Positions 12,112 through 26,637 of a DNA stretch of 64,000 bases are shown here, in pieces. The position numbers were made by a program, and so were the translations under genes. The notes below the pieces were generated by a model. The model made no database searches and was not told the origin of the DNA. It saw only the letters and a program-made list of their open reading frames with translations. Source of the stretch: Octopus vulgaris (taxonomy: Eukaryota); assembly GCA_951406725.2 (NCBI GenBank), contig OX597828.1, positions 68,448,001 to 68,512,000 of the forward strand. Reading direction: 5' to 3'. Position 1 is the stretch's first letter. Each line of letters begins with the position of its first letter.

Positions 12112-12633
12112 TATCTATCCATCTCTCTCTCTCTCGATTTGTGGAGACGTTTGGTCAATTCAAAGACCCTATACGTGACTTGAATTCTATTTTTACGACT
12201 TCAGTGAATGAAAGGCCAAGTTGGCCTCGGCGAGATTGGATCTCAGAACGTAGAGAACTGAAAGGAATACTGTAAGATATTTTCCAAACTCGTTAGCAGT
12301 TTTGCCCATCACATCCTTATATAGTGCTTGAGATAAAAAAAAAAAAAAGTTGAAAGCATTTGCCACACAATGAACAGAAAAGAGAATACAGAAGGTGACA
12401 TTGCAAGCATGGATTGTTAGGAAAGATGTAAAAATATATAAATTGGACAGGGCTTCCTCCCTTCCAAATCTTTCTTTGGTTCTTTTTAGTTCACAGTTTA
12501 TTTCTTTGCAGTATCGGTTGCAAACCCGGGTGTCGCTGCCCGTAACACGGAGGAAAGAAAAATTAATGAAAACAGGACCCGTCAGAGAAATCATCCTCGT
12601 GAGGTGGAGTGCTTGCTACAGCGAGTATCTAAG

Positions 12634-13050
12634 TATCTATTTCTTTACTATCCACGAGGGGCTAAACACAGAGGGGACAAACAAGGACAGCCAAACGGAT
12701 TAAGTTGATTACATCGACCCCAGTGCGTAACTGGTACTTAATTTATCGACCCCGAAGGGATGAAAGGCAAAGTCGACCTCGGCGGAATTTGAACTCAGAA
12801 CGTAACGGTAGACGAAATACCTATTTCTTTATTGCCCACAAGGGGCTAAACACAGAGAGGACAAACAAGGACAGACATAGGTATTAAGTCGATTACATCG
12901 ACCCCAGTGCGTAACTGGTACTTAATTTATCGACCCCGAAAGGATGAAAGGCAAAGTCGACCTCGGCGGAATTTGAACTCACAACGTAACGGCAGACGAA
13001 ATACCGCTAAGCATTTCGCCCGTCGTGCTAACGATTTTGCTAGTTCACTG
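12634..13050 (-). mobile_element. SINE S1 dimer
   Basis: Two bodies, one head; TSD tgctacagcgagtatc. Confidence 0.85.
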
Positions 13051-13711
13051 TCCTTTGCTACAGCGAGTATCGCTGGCCATTCTCTGCCGCAACGACATAG
13101 CAGTCACTACTGCGAAGCGTCGTTGAGCACACCACTTGTTCTGGGGGGGTATATGGCCCATCTCCCCTCCACCGCTATCATCTGCTATTTGACCCACCCC
13201 TTTTTCTTTTTTTTACTTTTCCTTTCATATCTCTCTTTTCCTTGTTTCTTTGTATTTAAATGCTCATTTCCTGTATAGCCCAAATTTAATTTTAGTCCAG
13301 ACACGGAGAAAAATTCAAAATATATCCTACATACCTTTGAATACCTTCATTGCACGCATGTCATAAAATATACAGAAAACATTCAGCGACTGGAGTTTAT
13401 TTTCACATCGCTGCATACTTTAGTGTTTACAGATCAGCTGACCTCTTCACAGGACATGTGATTACGTGGTTAACAAAAATACACCTGGTAATGGTGGCCC
13501 TAATTAATTTGGTGTATGGTACAGCATAGGACTAGATTACCTTCCAGTAGGATTATTATACTTTAACAAATTCATAAAAATTTACATTTTTCTCATAGAA
13601 ACATGTACGAAACCGCAAATACACGCGCCCATGCGCATTTATATTTACACACACACACACATGTGCACGTAGTAAGGCAGAGATAAAGTTATATATAGGT
13701 AGCTATATGAT

Positions 13712-13793
13712 TTCTCTCTCTCTCTCTCTCTCTATCTGTCTGTCTGTCTATCTACCTACCTATCTATCTATCTATCTATCCATCCATCCATCC

Positions 13794-13855
<62 letters not shown>

Positions 13856-13878
13856 TTCTCTCTCTATCTATCTATCTC

Positions 13879-13943
<65 letters not shown>

Positions 13944-13944
13944 T

Positions 13945-13980
<36 letters not shown>

Positions 13981-14006
13981 TCTATCTATCTCTCTATCTC
14001 TCTATC

Positions 14007-14096
<90 letters not shown>

Positions 14097-14097
14097 C

Positions 14098-14165
<68 letters not shown>

Positions 14166-14185
14166 CTCTCTCTCTCTCTCTCTCT
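13712..14185. repeat. (CTAT)n/(CT)n compound microsatellite
   Basis: Direct reading. Confidence 0.95.
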
Positions 14186-14197
14186 ACACACACGCAC

Positions 14198-14505
14198 ACA
14201 TGGCTCAGTGGTTAGAGCGTAGCGCTCACATTCATGTATAAGGTAGTGAGTTCGATCTTCGTACCGGGCTGTGTGTTGTGTTCTTGAGCAAGTCACTTTA
14301 TTTCACGTTCTTCCAGTTCACTCAGCCGTAGAAATTATTTCCGCCCTTCACTAGTGCCAAGCTGCATCGGACCCTTTGCTTTCCCTTAGATAACATCAAT
14401 TGCGTGGAAAAGGGAGCCAGGTATGCATGGGCGACTGCTGGTTTCCCATAAACAACCTTCCCTGTATTTGTGTCTTGGAGGGGAACATTTTAGGTGCAAT
14501 ATACC
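14198..14505 (+). mobile_element. tRNA-derived CORE-like SINE
   Basis: tggctcagtggttagagcg ... gagttcgatc ... cttgagcaagtcacttta; related head at 35280-35605. Confidence 0.7.
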
Positions 14506-14536
<31 letters not shown>

Positions 14537-14546
14537 TATATATATA

Positions 14547-15886
<1,340 letters not shown>

Positions 15887-15888
<2 letters not shown>

Positions 15889-16226
15889 AATGTGAGGATA
15901 AAATTCTTTTCGAAAAAAAATATTTTCTCGAAAAAAATCTTATCAATGGCCAGCATATTAAAAAATACCTTTAACGGTTAAATTTATAAACAATTCATAA
16001 ATGAGGGCAACGGAAAAAATTCTAATGCCAAATATGCCGAAAAATTGGACATATTGTCCGTTAACCACATAATTTTTTCACAATACGCACGCTAATCGAA
16101 AAAAGGTCGACAGAAATTTCTAAAAAATTCCATTATTACCATATCGGACCGATTTCAGAGTTAGCTACTAAGAGCCCTCTCTTCGTCAGGGATACATGTG
16201 GCAAAAGAAATAAATGAGATACTATG
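15887..16226 (-). mobile_element. Penelope-like remnant related to the 48272-48660 element
   Basis: 15949-16040 matches the reverse complement of ~48515-48602 (cagcatattaaaa...tacctttaa...ataaa(c/t)gagggcaa...atgccaa); (TA)n flanks. Confidence 0.55.
16142..16194 (-). ncRNA. Degenerate minimal hammerhead ribozyme motif
   Basis: Minus strand TATCC-CTGACGA-AGAG-(18 nt)-CTCT-GAAA-TCG-GTC-CGATA; C.C mismatch at the base of stem I, U.G in stem III. Confidence 0.6.
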
Positions 16227-16590
16227 TATGTATATATATATATAGATAGATAAAAAAGGAAATAAAGTTGAAAAAAGCACAGACGTATATCTTGGAGCAT
16301 GTTTAATAAAATATTAAAAAAAAACATTCCCTAAAGCATTCTCTAAAATATACTTCTGTTCCTTTTGACTTACAGAATTATTTGGCTTACAGAACTAGGA
16401 TTTTTCACTAAATCTGTGAATAAAAACAAGTTTAGCTGATCAAATTGGAAAATTCTCACTTCGCCGGGATGAACATACTATAATACTTTTGGTTAAACCT
16501 CTACACGCTTTACATATTTCACCTGCTCTATGTACAAGCTTAATTTACACTTCTACTTTTTGGGCATATATTCAGTCCACCACCACCACC

Positions 16591-16661
<71 letters not shown>

Positions 16662-17921
16662 AGTATGTCGGCTCACTTAGTTATCTTAAACAAAATATGA
16701 CAAAATGAAATTTCCGTAACTCACGAATTGATTGCATTGTAATGAATTAATTTCTCAGTAAAGTGTTTCGAACAAGGATTCACTTTCCAATTAAACACGT
16801 TTCCATTGACTTTGCCAATTGTCCCCAAAGAAAGAAACTGGCCTTATAGTCTCACACAAGCCAATGAATTTGCTGTCCACATCTGTTGTGTGCTTCGGAA
16901 AAATATTGCCTGCATCCTGTTTATTGGTCACCGAAGATTGTTCAAAACTGTATAACGCGCTAGAAAATGGGGACTTCTGCTAGAGATAATAGCATCCTTT
17001 ATAGACACCTAAAGGGATAGGGTCAACTAGCCGGTGATGATCCTCACTCACTCACACAATAATTGCTTTCATGTAACTCGTGTTTCATGTCAACGTGATT
17101 GTCAGGGGAGAACTACTCTCGCTTGATGATCGAGAGTGAATGAAACTTTAGTCGCGTGAAAGAAATTCACCTGAAATAAACCATAAAATCTGTAGCATAT
17201 ATTGATTCCTCTCCTCATCCATTTAACAAAAGATCGGAAGAATAAGGAATAATTGTGGTGGAAAGTATGTGGGTACCCTGCCGGATTAAAGATACGACCT
17301 GTCGAAAGGGAAGTTATGGCGAGCCATGCTTGGAGAGGATGCAAGTTTATGCACGCTTTGCTGTACACCTACAGACTTCTTTGGTTATAGCTTTTGGATG
17401 GATAAAGACTATAGAACAATAGAAATGGTAGAGCGCCATATTTAGTGTAATCCCTCAGAGTTTTGAGTACAAAACTTGTCGGGGTCGCCTTCTTCTTTTC
17501 CTCTTCGGTAATAAGGGACAAGCAAAGTACCACTTGTATATTATTATGAGTTCAATTGTCTATGTCTATCTTCCTCTCTTATGAAACTGTGAATAAATTT
17601 TTTAATGATAGAAACATTTGCGCAGACATTTTAGAAGGCAGGAATCATCAAATTCTCAGGTGATTGTTTCTATAGCAACAGAATACTGATCACTATGCAC
17701 TTGTTAGACCTGCTAGATATAGCAGTCAAATCTTTCACAAACCAATATTTTAACTGAGCAGGGATGGCAGCATAGTTAAGAACTTCAGGAGGCAGTGAGT
17801 TGTTTTCAGTAAATAATTATGAAATGTTTGGGTATTTTTTGTTAACAAACTACCCGAACATATTTTGTGTTGTAAAAGAACAATGGAATGATATGTGTAC
17901 ATCTCTCTTTCTTTCTCTCTT

Positions 17922-17980
<59 letters not shown>

Positions 17981-18375
17981 TCCTTTCTCTGCCTGTCTTC
18001 ACCTTTTAAAACCTGCTTAGGCTGACTTGATCATTTCATAACATCTGCTCTTGTGAATTTGTATAAATGCTAAACATCAACATATTAACGAACCCAAGAA
18101 GCAATCCCTACTAAGTCTCGAGACATGACAGGTATGGCAGAAAAATCTATCTCAAAATGAGTCCTGCCATCTTCCAAAAGGAAATGTTTCGATAATATGG
18201 TCCTTGCTTCTCTACACTAAGGAAAAATAGGATGGTCACGACTGGAACACTTTTGTTCAAAGGAGTGCTCGATCGAGGCTGAAATTAGACTAAACCAAGT
18301 CAATAGGTTGACTTTTATAGGTGAGTGGGTTAGCAGAGACAAAGGAGCGGCAGGACAAGTAACTGAAGTATTTAA

Positions 18376-18790
18376 AGGCGGTGAGCTGGCAGAAACGTTA
18401 GAACGCCGGGCGAAATGCTTAGCGGTATTTCGTCTGCCGTTACGTACTGAGTTCAAATTCCGCCGAGGTCGACTTTGCCTTTCATCCTTTCGGGGTCGGT
18501 AAATTAAGTACCAGTTGCGTACTGGGGTCGATATAATCGACTTAATACCTATGTCTGTCCTTGTTTGTCCCCCCTGTGTTTAGCCCCTTGTGGGTAATAA
18601 AGAAATAGGTATTTCGCCTGCCGTTACGTTTTGAGTTCAAATTCCGCCGAGGTCGACTTTGCCTTTCATCCTTTCGGGTCGATAAATTAAGTACCAGTTA
18701 CACGCTGGGGTCGATCTAATCGACTTAATTCGTTTGTCTGACCTTGTTTGTCCTCTCTGTGCTTAGCCCCTTGTGGGTAGTAAAGAAATA
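18376..18790 (+). mobile_element. SINE S1 dimer
   Basis: TSD aagtaactg(aag/gat)tatttaa. Confidence 0.85.
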
Positions 18791-18984
18791 AGTAACTGGA
18801 TTATTTAATTTTTTTATATTTTACATTCTGAGTTCAAATCTTGCATAGGTTAAATGTCTTTCACTCTTTAGGTGTCGATATAATTAAAGTACCAATCAAG
18901 TACAGTGGTAGATATAATTAACTGTTCTCCCTCCCCGCAAACTCTGTGCTCTTGTTTTTAAGCAAGAAATCAATATTTTATTAA

Positions 18985-19204
18985 CCATTTAGCATTTAAA
19001 CCGACCATATATGACCAAAATATTCTGTCTATTTTATGTTCAAACTGGTCAGATCAGGCCTCTCACACCTACCCTACAATGTTATTGTAAAAATAAACGA
19101 TCGCATTATTAGAATCTTGAAGTTACAAGATAATGCATGATTAATCCAAGACAACGTGAATAAATAAGCATTAGATTTGATAGAGTAATCCGAATGCTAA
19201 AGGA
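18985..19204. mobile_element. MITE flanked by TTAA (piggyBac-like)
   Basis: ttaa|ccatttagcatt ... aatgctaaagga|ttaa. Confidence 0.55.
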
Positions 19205-20015
19205 TTAAAAATGAAGGCAGATGAACGACTTCACTGGTAAAGTATCAGGATATAGTTTTTTTTTTTTTTACATATATTTGCGATCTGAGTTCAAACCTTT
19301 CTAGGGTCGACTCTTTCTGGAATCGATAAAATATCGTTTCAATCAAATACTGAAAGATAGATTTAATCGACAGAGCTCTTCCCACAAAATTATGTTCTTG
19401 AACCAATATTAAAAATTTTTTTTTTTGATCTACAAAAGAGTGGTGGAACGTCGGATTAGTTCCATCCGTCTGTGTATCGAAACTGATTTTGTCTTCGATC
19501 TCTTCTGGCGGATATAATAAATATTGGTTATATATTGACCTCTTCTATTGACCTCTTATATGTTAACCTGGGGAACTAATCAGTTTATTTCCACTTAGCT
19601 GAGTTCAATAGGTATTTATACCCGTCTTCGTGTTATTATGCAGTGGATGAGAAATATATATTTCCTTTCATCCCGGATAGAGCGCTAGCGCTCCTATTGG
19701 AGCTTTCGCCGTAAACAGATTTGGATTTCTCAATACTTCAGATCAACGAAGCAATTGTTTTCTTTCATAGTACTGTCGCTTTTTACAACAGTGAATTAAA
19801 CCATTTTGTGTTAGATAAAGATACTGGAACACGACCAACAGATGCCAGTATTAAAAGTACTGCTTGGATTAACGAGTTATTTCACTTACAACAACAAATG
19901 AACGATTAAAAGAATTTATTTTTCAAATGATTGAACATGAATGAAATTTTCTTCAATTATTGTAAACATGTGAAGTGCTACAAATAGAATCTAAATGTAA
20001 ACCGCAGTTTCGTCC

Positions 20016-20048
20016 TTAATTTGGTGAACACTGCCTCCACAGCAAGAT
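20016..20048 (-). CDS. Gene B terminal coding exon ILLWRQCSPN*
   Basis: ttttcag| phase 0, TAA stop; completes a 388-aa model. Confidence 0.8.
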   Translation of the reverse strand: MLLWRQCSPN

Positions 20049-20513
20049 CTGAAAATAGAAATTTTCTGATTAAAGTTCATTTCAATAGATTTTTTATTAA
20101 AAAGAAAACTTTATTTCGAATATTTGACATCTGACGCACCAATGCCTGAATCTCTAATATGCTTATTCGATTTGCTAGAATTACCAACAAAAATCTCCGT
20201 TAATACCTTACTGTCTTATAAAAAAAAAGAACTCATTTGTTAACGTAGTCCTAGATACACTAGGTAATGTAATAATATCAGTGAAAGACTAGTGCTTATT
20301 TTACTTAATACCAGATGAAGTCTTAGGGGCAATTTGAAAAGAGAACATTACCCTAGTATTATCACAACCCACTAACTGGAACTAGTAAAAGAGTATAAAG
20401 ACAGATTTTGAAGGCATTTAGTTGGTGCCATACCATTTTTACCATTTCATCTTATCTAACACTTAAATATCTAAGATAAATCACGAGTAGTTGAGAATGG
20501 ATATTTTACTTAC

Positions 20514-20596
20514 ATCATCTATGTAACCATAGAAAAAACTTTGTTTAGTTGGGTCACCTCCAATGGTAAGAGGACATTGGGAATTCTGTATATATT
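20514..20596 (-). CDS. Gene B exon (LamG, PLTIGG...FYGYIDD)
   Basis: tttcag| EYIQNSQCPLTIGGDPTKQSFFYGYIDD |gtaagt; phase 1-0; typical LamG3 L-x-I-G...F-x-G-x-I-D-D motif. Confidence 0.88.
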
Positions 20597-20671
20597 CTGA
20601 AAGCAATGAAAATACCCACGTATTAAGACTCAGTTTGGAAAAGCTTATACAGAGAAAATCAATTACAAAAT

Positions 20672-20845
20672 CATTAATTAAGTACCAGTTACGCACTGGG
20701 GTCGATGTAATCGACTTAATCCGTTTGTTCTTGTGTGTAGCCCCTTGTGTGTAGCCCCTTGTGTGTAGCCCCTTGTGGGTAGTTTGTCTGTTCTTGTGTG
20801 TAGCCCCTTGTGTGTAGCCCCTTGTGGGTAGTAAAGAAATAGGTA
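20672..20845 (+). mobile_element. SINE S1 3' fragment with tandemly amplified tail (tgtgtgtagcccct)n
   Basis: Five copies of gtgtagccccttgtg in the tail. Confidence 0.75.
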
Positions 20846-20899
20846 TTATGGTTACCACGGCCGACTGGATTACAATAGAGAGAGAGTGAGAGAGAGAGC

Positions 20900-20930
<31 letters not shown>

Positions 20931-21402
20931 CGAGAGAGAGTGAGAGAGAGAGCGAGAGAGAAGAAAGAGAGAGGAGAGAGAGAGTGAGAGTGAGAGAGGG
21001 CATGATGTATGGATCCCAGTACTTATCTGGTACTTTATCACTCGGCGAGAAGAGCAGGCAAAGCTGACCTCAATAGGATTTGAACTAAGAACATAGACAA
21101 CCAGAAGAAACACTGTAAAGTCTTCAGACCGACATTCTAGTAACTTCACCTTACACAGACACACGCCCGCACGCACTCACAAACACATTCCACGCGTATG
21201 ATTGTCAATCCTAGGCTATTGCAAGAAAGACTTGTCCAGCCTGCCATAGTGTGAGAGATCAAATGTGGTTGCGATGCAAACTTAACCACAGAACCAGAGT
21301 CAATCAAGAGGAAAAAAACAAAGCAAAGAACAGTATGTAGGTCGACACTTTCTGCTCAACAAAACGAAATCTCGAAAACAACGTTAAAAACCAAACACTG
21401 AC

Positions 21403-21502
21403 CTGGAAACATGTGTGACTTTAGAACTTCCTGCCCGTCCATATTTATTACAACGTTGCCTTTTGTTATTGTAATGTTCACTTGGTGCCAGATTTCAGCT
21501 TC
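21403..21502 (-). CDS. Gene B exon (LamG)
   Basis: caacag| EAEIWHQVNITITKGNVVINMDGQEVLKSHMFP |gtcagt; 100 nt, phase 0-1. Confidence 0.88.
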
Positions 21503-22210
21503 CTGTTGTGTTTGGTATGGGAAGAAAAGGAAGACATATGATTCTCTTTTAGGCGTTTCACATAAAAAACACCACACAGCAAAATAATTCTATACATGAA
21601 AGCATGTGTATATACCTAAAATGTATTTAGTTTTGTTGAATAACTTTTAGGTTAAGTTGACGTGTGAAGCCAGACGTTCGCTATTTCAAAATCCTTTTTA
21701 AATTCATCTCTAATTGTTTCAAGAATATTAAGTTACAGCATAGCATTTTTTGTCATTGTAGAATTGAACTAGCAAAAAAACATGTGAAAGGAGAGCCACT
21801 GCTTAGTCACTCGAACTGCTGAAAATGGCACCAAAATCTCCCTCAAGTCATACTTTACAGTCTTTATAAAGAGCACATTGGATAATGTAATTTTAGATAC
21901 ACAATGCCTGCAAAATAGAAGGGATGGCAATTGTTGATGCACACCCTCATATACCAAAATACGAAATGGTCATGGGTGGAACGCTTTTAATCACAATTCT
22001 TCTCACTCATTGTTGAATTAGGATTAAACAATAACTGTATAGCAATAGGAAGTTCAATTTGAGAAGGTCAGCAAAGACTATGGACATTGTCCTTGTCTGC
22101 TGTCACCGGAATGATACACAAATTTATTTATATGAGGTTGAACAAACTAGCATCGAAGAGATTCCGAAATCGCGATCGTATGGACGTTGTTAGGCAGTCG
22201 TCCTCATTAG

Positions 22211-22252
<42 letters not shown>

Positions 22253-22261
22253 TTAACTTAC

Positions 22262-22656
22262 CAAATTAACCTGGCCTTCTTCGTAGTGTTCGTTTATGGC
22301 GAATCCTATTACATCAATTTTTGGAAACAGAGTGAGACTTAATGTAGATTCAGAGATGTTGCTTTCGCTGTCATAGCAGGCGTTAGAGAGTATTACCATT
22401 TCAGTGGAGTTTGTTGCTAATTCTATTCGTTTAAAATAAAATTCAATTTTCAGATGATTACTGTATGAGTTTCCAGCGAAGAAAAGAATTCGTAATAATC
22501 CTGGGTGGAAATAGCCACTAACACTATCCTCTCGTTCGTTCCTGTTGGCTGGGCGTATTTCTACTTTTTGCTCAACACTTATAAAAGCATTTTTTGCGTA
22601 GTCACGAATGATGCTTTCATCGAATGTAATGTTTAAGGTGAGATCACAGCCTCCTT
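22262..22656 (-). CDS. Gene B exon, N-terminal part of LamG/ConA-like domain (absent from ORF track)
   Basis: gttccag| EGGCDLTLNITFDESIIRDYAKNAF...ILSNACYDSESNISESTLSLTLFPK...GQVNL |gtaagt; 395 nt open, phase 1-0. Confidence 0.88.
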
Positions 22657-23236
22657 CTGGAACGTAAGTAAATAAATATCGATTAAAACCAATTTAGAAA
22701 CAACCCACAAAAAATATTGTAGAATAGTGAAATCTCAGTGAAACAAATTGCATTGATTTCTAAAGACTTAGAAAAAAAGTTACTTTAATGTTCACATTAA
22801 CCTGAAGAAGACATCAAAAGTCTTGAAGTGTGCTGATTGTCCTTGGGATAACCAGACGTGGAAAGGACGGCCAGTTTTTAGTTTGAATTATTATATATTG
22901 GTCGCTGGATAAGTAAACCTACACACATCACAGAACGCATAAAAAAAGAAGGAAAAAGCAAAAAAGCAACCCGACTGATTGGTGTAAAGTCATTCGCCAA
23001 CACAGTCAAATCTCTAATCCACACCCATGCCGCCTCTCCTCTATATCTTTTCAACCGTCACTACACTGATCTTTCTTTCTCAGAGTTGGCTGCCATCTTC
23101 ATTCAATATTTCCCAAATTACTCGTCTTTCTACCCGTCGTCATAGTGTGATGACAGGCACCACACTATCTACTCCACCCGTCCTTCCACTGTTCCGCATC
23201 TCCCCTTCAATGTTGTTTGTTTGTTCTTTCTCGAGC

Positions 23237-23505
23237 CATGCTTGGCTCATAAGGGCCGGCTTCCCGGTTTCCTTGGCGTATAGGTTTCTCACTTGGACGG
23301 GACGCCGGTCCGTCGCAGGTGAGCTGCAAGATGCAGGAGAGGAAAGAGTGAGAGAAGGTTGTGGCGAAAGAGTTAGCAGAAGTTCGTCATTACCTTCTGC
23401 CGGAGCCGCGTGGAGCTTAGGTGTTTCGCTCATAAACATACACATCGCCCGGTCTGAGATTCAAACCCGCGAGTCCGCTGCTCTAACCACTAGGCCATGT
23501 GCCTC
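23237..23505 (-). mobile_element. SINE S3, diverged copy
   Basis: Collinear with 31393-31694. Confidence 0.75.
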
Positions 23506-24420
23506 CCCTTCAATGGCACCACACTTACTACTCCACCCGTCCTTCCACTGTTCTACATCTCCCCTTCAATGGAACCACACTTACTACTATACCCGTCCTT
23601 CCTGTCCATGTTTTACCCCCGCAGCTATCAGTCCTATCCACATTGAGCTCTGTAATCTTGGTGGCCCTGCCAGCATCATGAGCACAAACTCCTTCCTCCA
23701 ACCAAAATAATCAAAATAACGAAGATTTGCGGTAAGGGGATTTATAAACTAAAAGAAACGAAATAACTTACAACCATGAATCGAAACCGCATCGTCTACT
23801 CGAGTCGTTAATATTTTTCACTACGGTAGTCGCCATCATATTTGCTGTTAACAATGATTTTAGAAAATAGCTTAAGAAGTAGATAAACGAGGGTTTACAT
23901 GACCATTAAGCCCGTCTCAAAGATACTATATCAGTTCGAAAAACTACAACTGGTAATTTCAACTGAGTTACAAACTCCCTTTACAATCTGCTTACTTCTA
24001 CTCTCTGGGATCTACCAGAACAGCTACTAATTCTCTGAACGATTCAAATATTTCCTTTCAAGGTATTATTCTTATGTAACTTCAACAGAAATATGGCAAT
24101 TGTAACATCGTTTTTCCCTCTGGGTAGAGAGACAATAGATACTCTAACCTAACTTCATTCAGTGAGGAACAACGAATACAGTGTCGATGTGGAATGACCT
24201 TGGGGATAGAGAATTGGGCTCCCTACTCTAAGGTTCGTGAGTTGAAGTGCAGGCGTTCTGTTGTGTATGCTGCATTCCTTCAGTCTCTGTAATTCTCTGG
24301 AGTAGATAGAACTTCTCTCCTGTTATTTACGAAACGCTACGGAAAATACAAACCCTAGACCTACGAAGTGTATGAAAGAGTTAACTTTATTAATTCTTAT
24401 CAACCAATTAAAGTTATTAC

Positions 24421-24870
24421 CTTCAGTTGGAGAAAAAAACTGGTGTCCGGGTGCCCAATCGCACTGGCAAAGATCTTGGTTCCAGATTAAACCGTAATGA
24501 CATTTTTGAGTGACCCATCTCTCAAAAGCAAACACTTGGAATTGGTGAGCATTAGATTCATCCGGAAGATATCCACTGCACTTTTCTTCCGTATCATTCT
24601 TATTTGAGTTTTCGACAACTTTTTTCGATGCTGTCTCAGTCAAATTGTTTACATACATCACTTGATCATTATCATCCAGTGCATCTTGTTGAGGAATTTC
24701 AGTTACATTTCCCACTGCCTCCGTCGTAGATAACACTAAGCTTAAGTTTCCAGATTCTTCTTGAAATAATGAAGTGTCTGTTTCGGTGTTATTTGTTGAC
24801 ACAGAAGTTTGTTGTGGTGTTTGCAGGGAGTAGTTAAATGTGGTGGTTAAATGTAGGGTGTCTGGCGTAT
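24421..24870 (-). CDS. Gene B exon: Ser/Thr/acidic linker plus one chitin-binding type-2-like module
   Basis: tttcag| ... |gtaata, 450 nt, phase 1-1; ...EKCSGYLPDESNAHQFQVFAFERWVTQKCHYGLIWNQDLCQCDWAPG; many N-x-S/T sequons in the linker. Confidence 0.88.
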
Positions 24871-26531
24871 CTGAAATAGAGCAGTTTTAATTTCACGGAA
24901 GTACGCATAATTTAAAATGGAAGTATTTTCTTGAAACTGTTACAACACTTTAAGACTCAACCGACTTCCATTTCCCTCACACACACACCCATTTGTTCAT
25001 TCATTTATTCTGGCAGCCATTCATTCATTCATCCCCACGTAACAGTACGGTGTTTTAAGCAATCAGAGGGAGTCTCTCTGCGGTCGCTCGGGGGTGCTAG
25101 AAATAGCAGATATATATATTCTTCAAACCACACTCTACTTTCTTACAAATGAAGGACACATTGAATTACGTAACTCTAGATACATTGCCTGCATAAATTC
25201 AATATCCAAAGACTTTCCATCGACTAATGGTTATGATTGGAATATCTTTCGCTTGGGCAGGATTGACCCAGCATGAAACAACAGCAACAAAATTAGTTCA
25301 GATTTAACGAGGGAGTCTCTATCTAGTTGCTTGGTATGCTAAAAATAGCAGCCAAATATTCCTCGGATCAAACTTTAGGATACATTGAATTACGTGTTCC
25401 TGAAAAAAAGACGAGGTTGACCTGGGGTAAACAACAATCTGGTGTGATGGTTTCTGAACCACAACTAATTATTTCTAATTTTCTTGTAGTATTTACCTGA
25501 TGAGAGACAGTATTTCCCCTACATAAATATCGCTGGTCTCTTGTAACAATGAAAATACTGTCCAGTTCTGCAGTGTTGTTGTGCTGCTAAAATCAGTGTT
25601 TTACGATTTTACAGCTAAGAGTTCTAGACCATTGAGAGCAGAGTCAGGACAAATTGAGTCTTGGTCAGGACAAAATGTAGCCCTAGTATTAGGATACGAA
25701 ACATTGTCCTCCTGACTGGTGTGAATAATTAAACTATTTAGTTTGTTCATCATGTTAGTGTTAGATGTATATGACATGCTAATGAGGAAGCCTTTACATG
25801 ATCGCTCTACTGGGTAGAAATAGCAGCTAAATCACCCTCATATCACACCCTACCGTCTGAAAAATGGAAGGACATTGGATAATAAAGAGCTGGGTACATA
25901 TAATCTGCAGAAAATGACAGGATTGGATGGTCACGGCTTGTATGCTTTTCACTTTAGATCTGCTCAATCAAGACTGACCTAGGGCTAAACAGCGGCTACA
26001 GCCTTTTCTCATGTAAATGACAGGCAAAATTCCTTCTATGATATTTGATTACGTCCCTTTACGTTCTGAGTTTAAATTCCACTAAGATTAACTTTGCTTT
26101 TCCTCTGTCGAAAGTCTATCCAGGTGGGATTTGAACCCAGGACTTAAGTGGAGATTCTAATTCATGTTAGTTGTTAAGTTATGGGTTTGACGGAAAGTAC
26201 AATGTACCTGACTTCAGCAATATTTCTCAAAGAAGCAGAATTGGGATTCCCCCTTTAGGGTTTCATTTACACAGATTTGAAATTTCAACCGTATGATTTG
26301 AAGGGAGGAGGAGGAGGATGAAGAGGAGGAGGAGCAAAATATTGTTTCATTTGGTGGCGTTTAACAGAGGGTTTTCATGAGTTTACTAGAGGGGGAAAAA
26401 GCCATTGGAATCCAAACACTTAAAAATCACTAATTTAAAGTAATTAGGTTCTCCCCGCCCACCGCCACATCTCTTCATTCTGTCCATGAAATGTTAATCA
26501 AAGTGTTCTCAATGAAGATTCTAAAACTCAC

Positions 26532-26637
26532 ATGTCAGTTGTTTCAGTGACGTCATCGGACTTTCGGTTCCCGGTTTTGGTTGACTGTCGCAGACATGAC
26601 ACAGCAACAGAGTGAAACACACAGCCAACAGATCCAT
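26532..26637 (-). CDS. Gene B (Pif-like/LamG3-type) first coding exon, signal peptide
   Basis: MDLLAVCFTLLLCHVCDSQPKPGTESPMTSLKQLT; acceptor ttacag| at 26647, donor |gtgagt, phase 1 compatible with the next exon. Confidence 0.75.

Noticed and set aside
12705-13278. Recurrent peptide RNWYLIYRPRKDERQSRPRRNLNS in several ORFs
   Set aside because: It is the antisense translation of SINE S1, not a protein family.
22798-22830. CTGAAGA-AGAC-atcaaaa-GTCT-TGAA hammerhead-like string
   Set aside because: No GAAA, stem III or stem I could be formed.
23027-23710. 227-aa ORF
   Set aside because: Runs through antisense SINE S3 and a local tandem duplication (accacact...ccacccgtccttccactgtt); no domain signal.
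25497-25715. 219-nt candidate cassette exon in gene B (good AG/GT; short MFRILILGLHFVL ORF)
   Set aside because: The required phase-1 frame has several stops; the most open frame is phase 2, still has a stop and does not fit the flanking exons.
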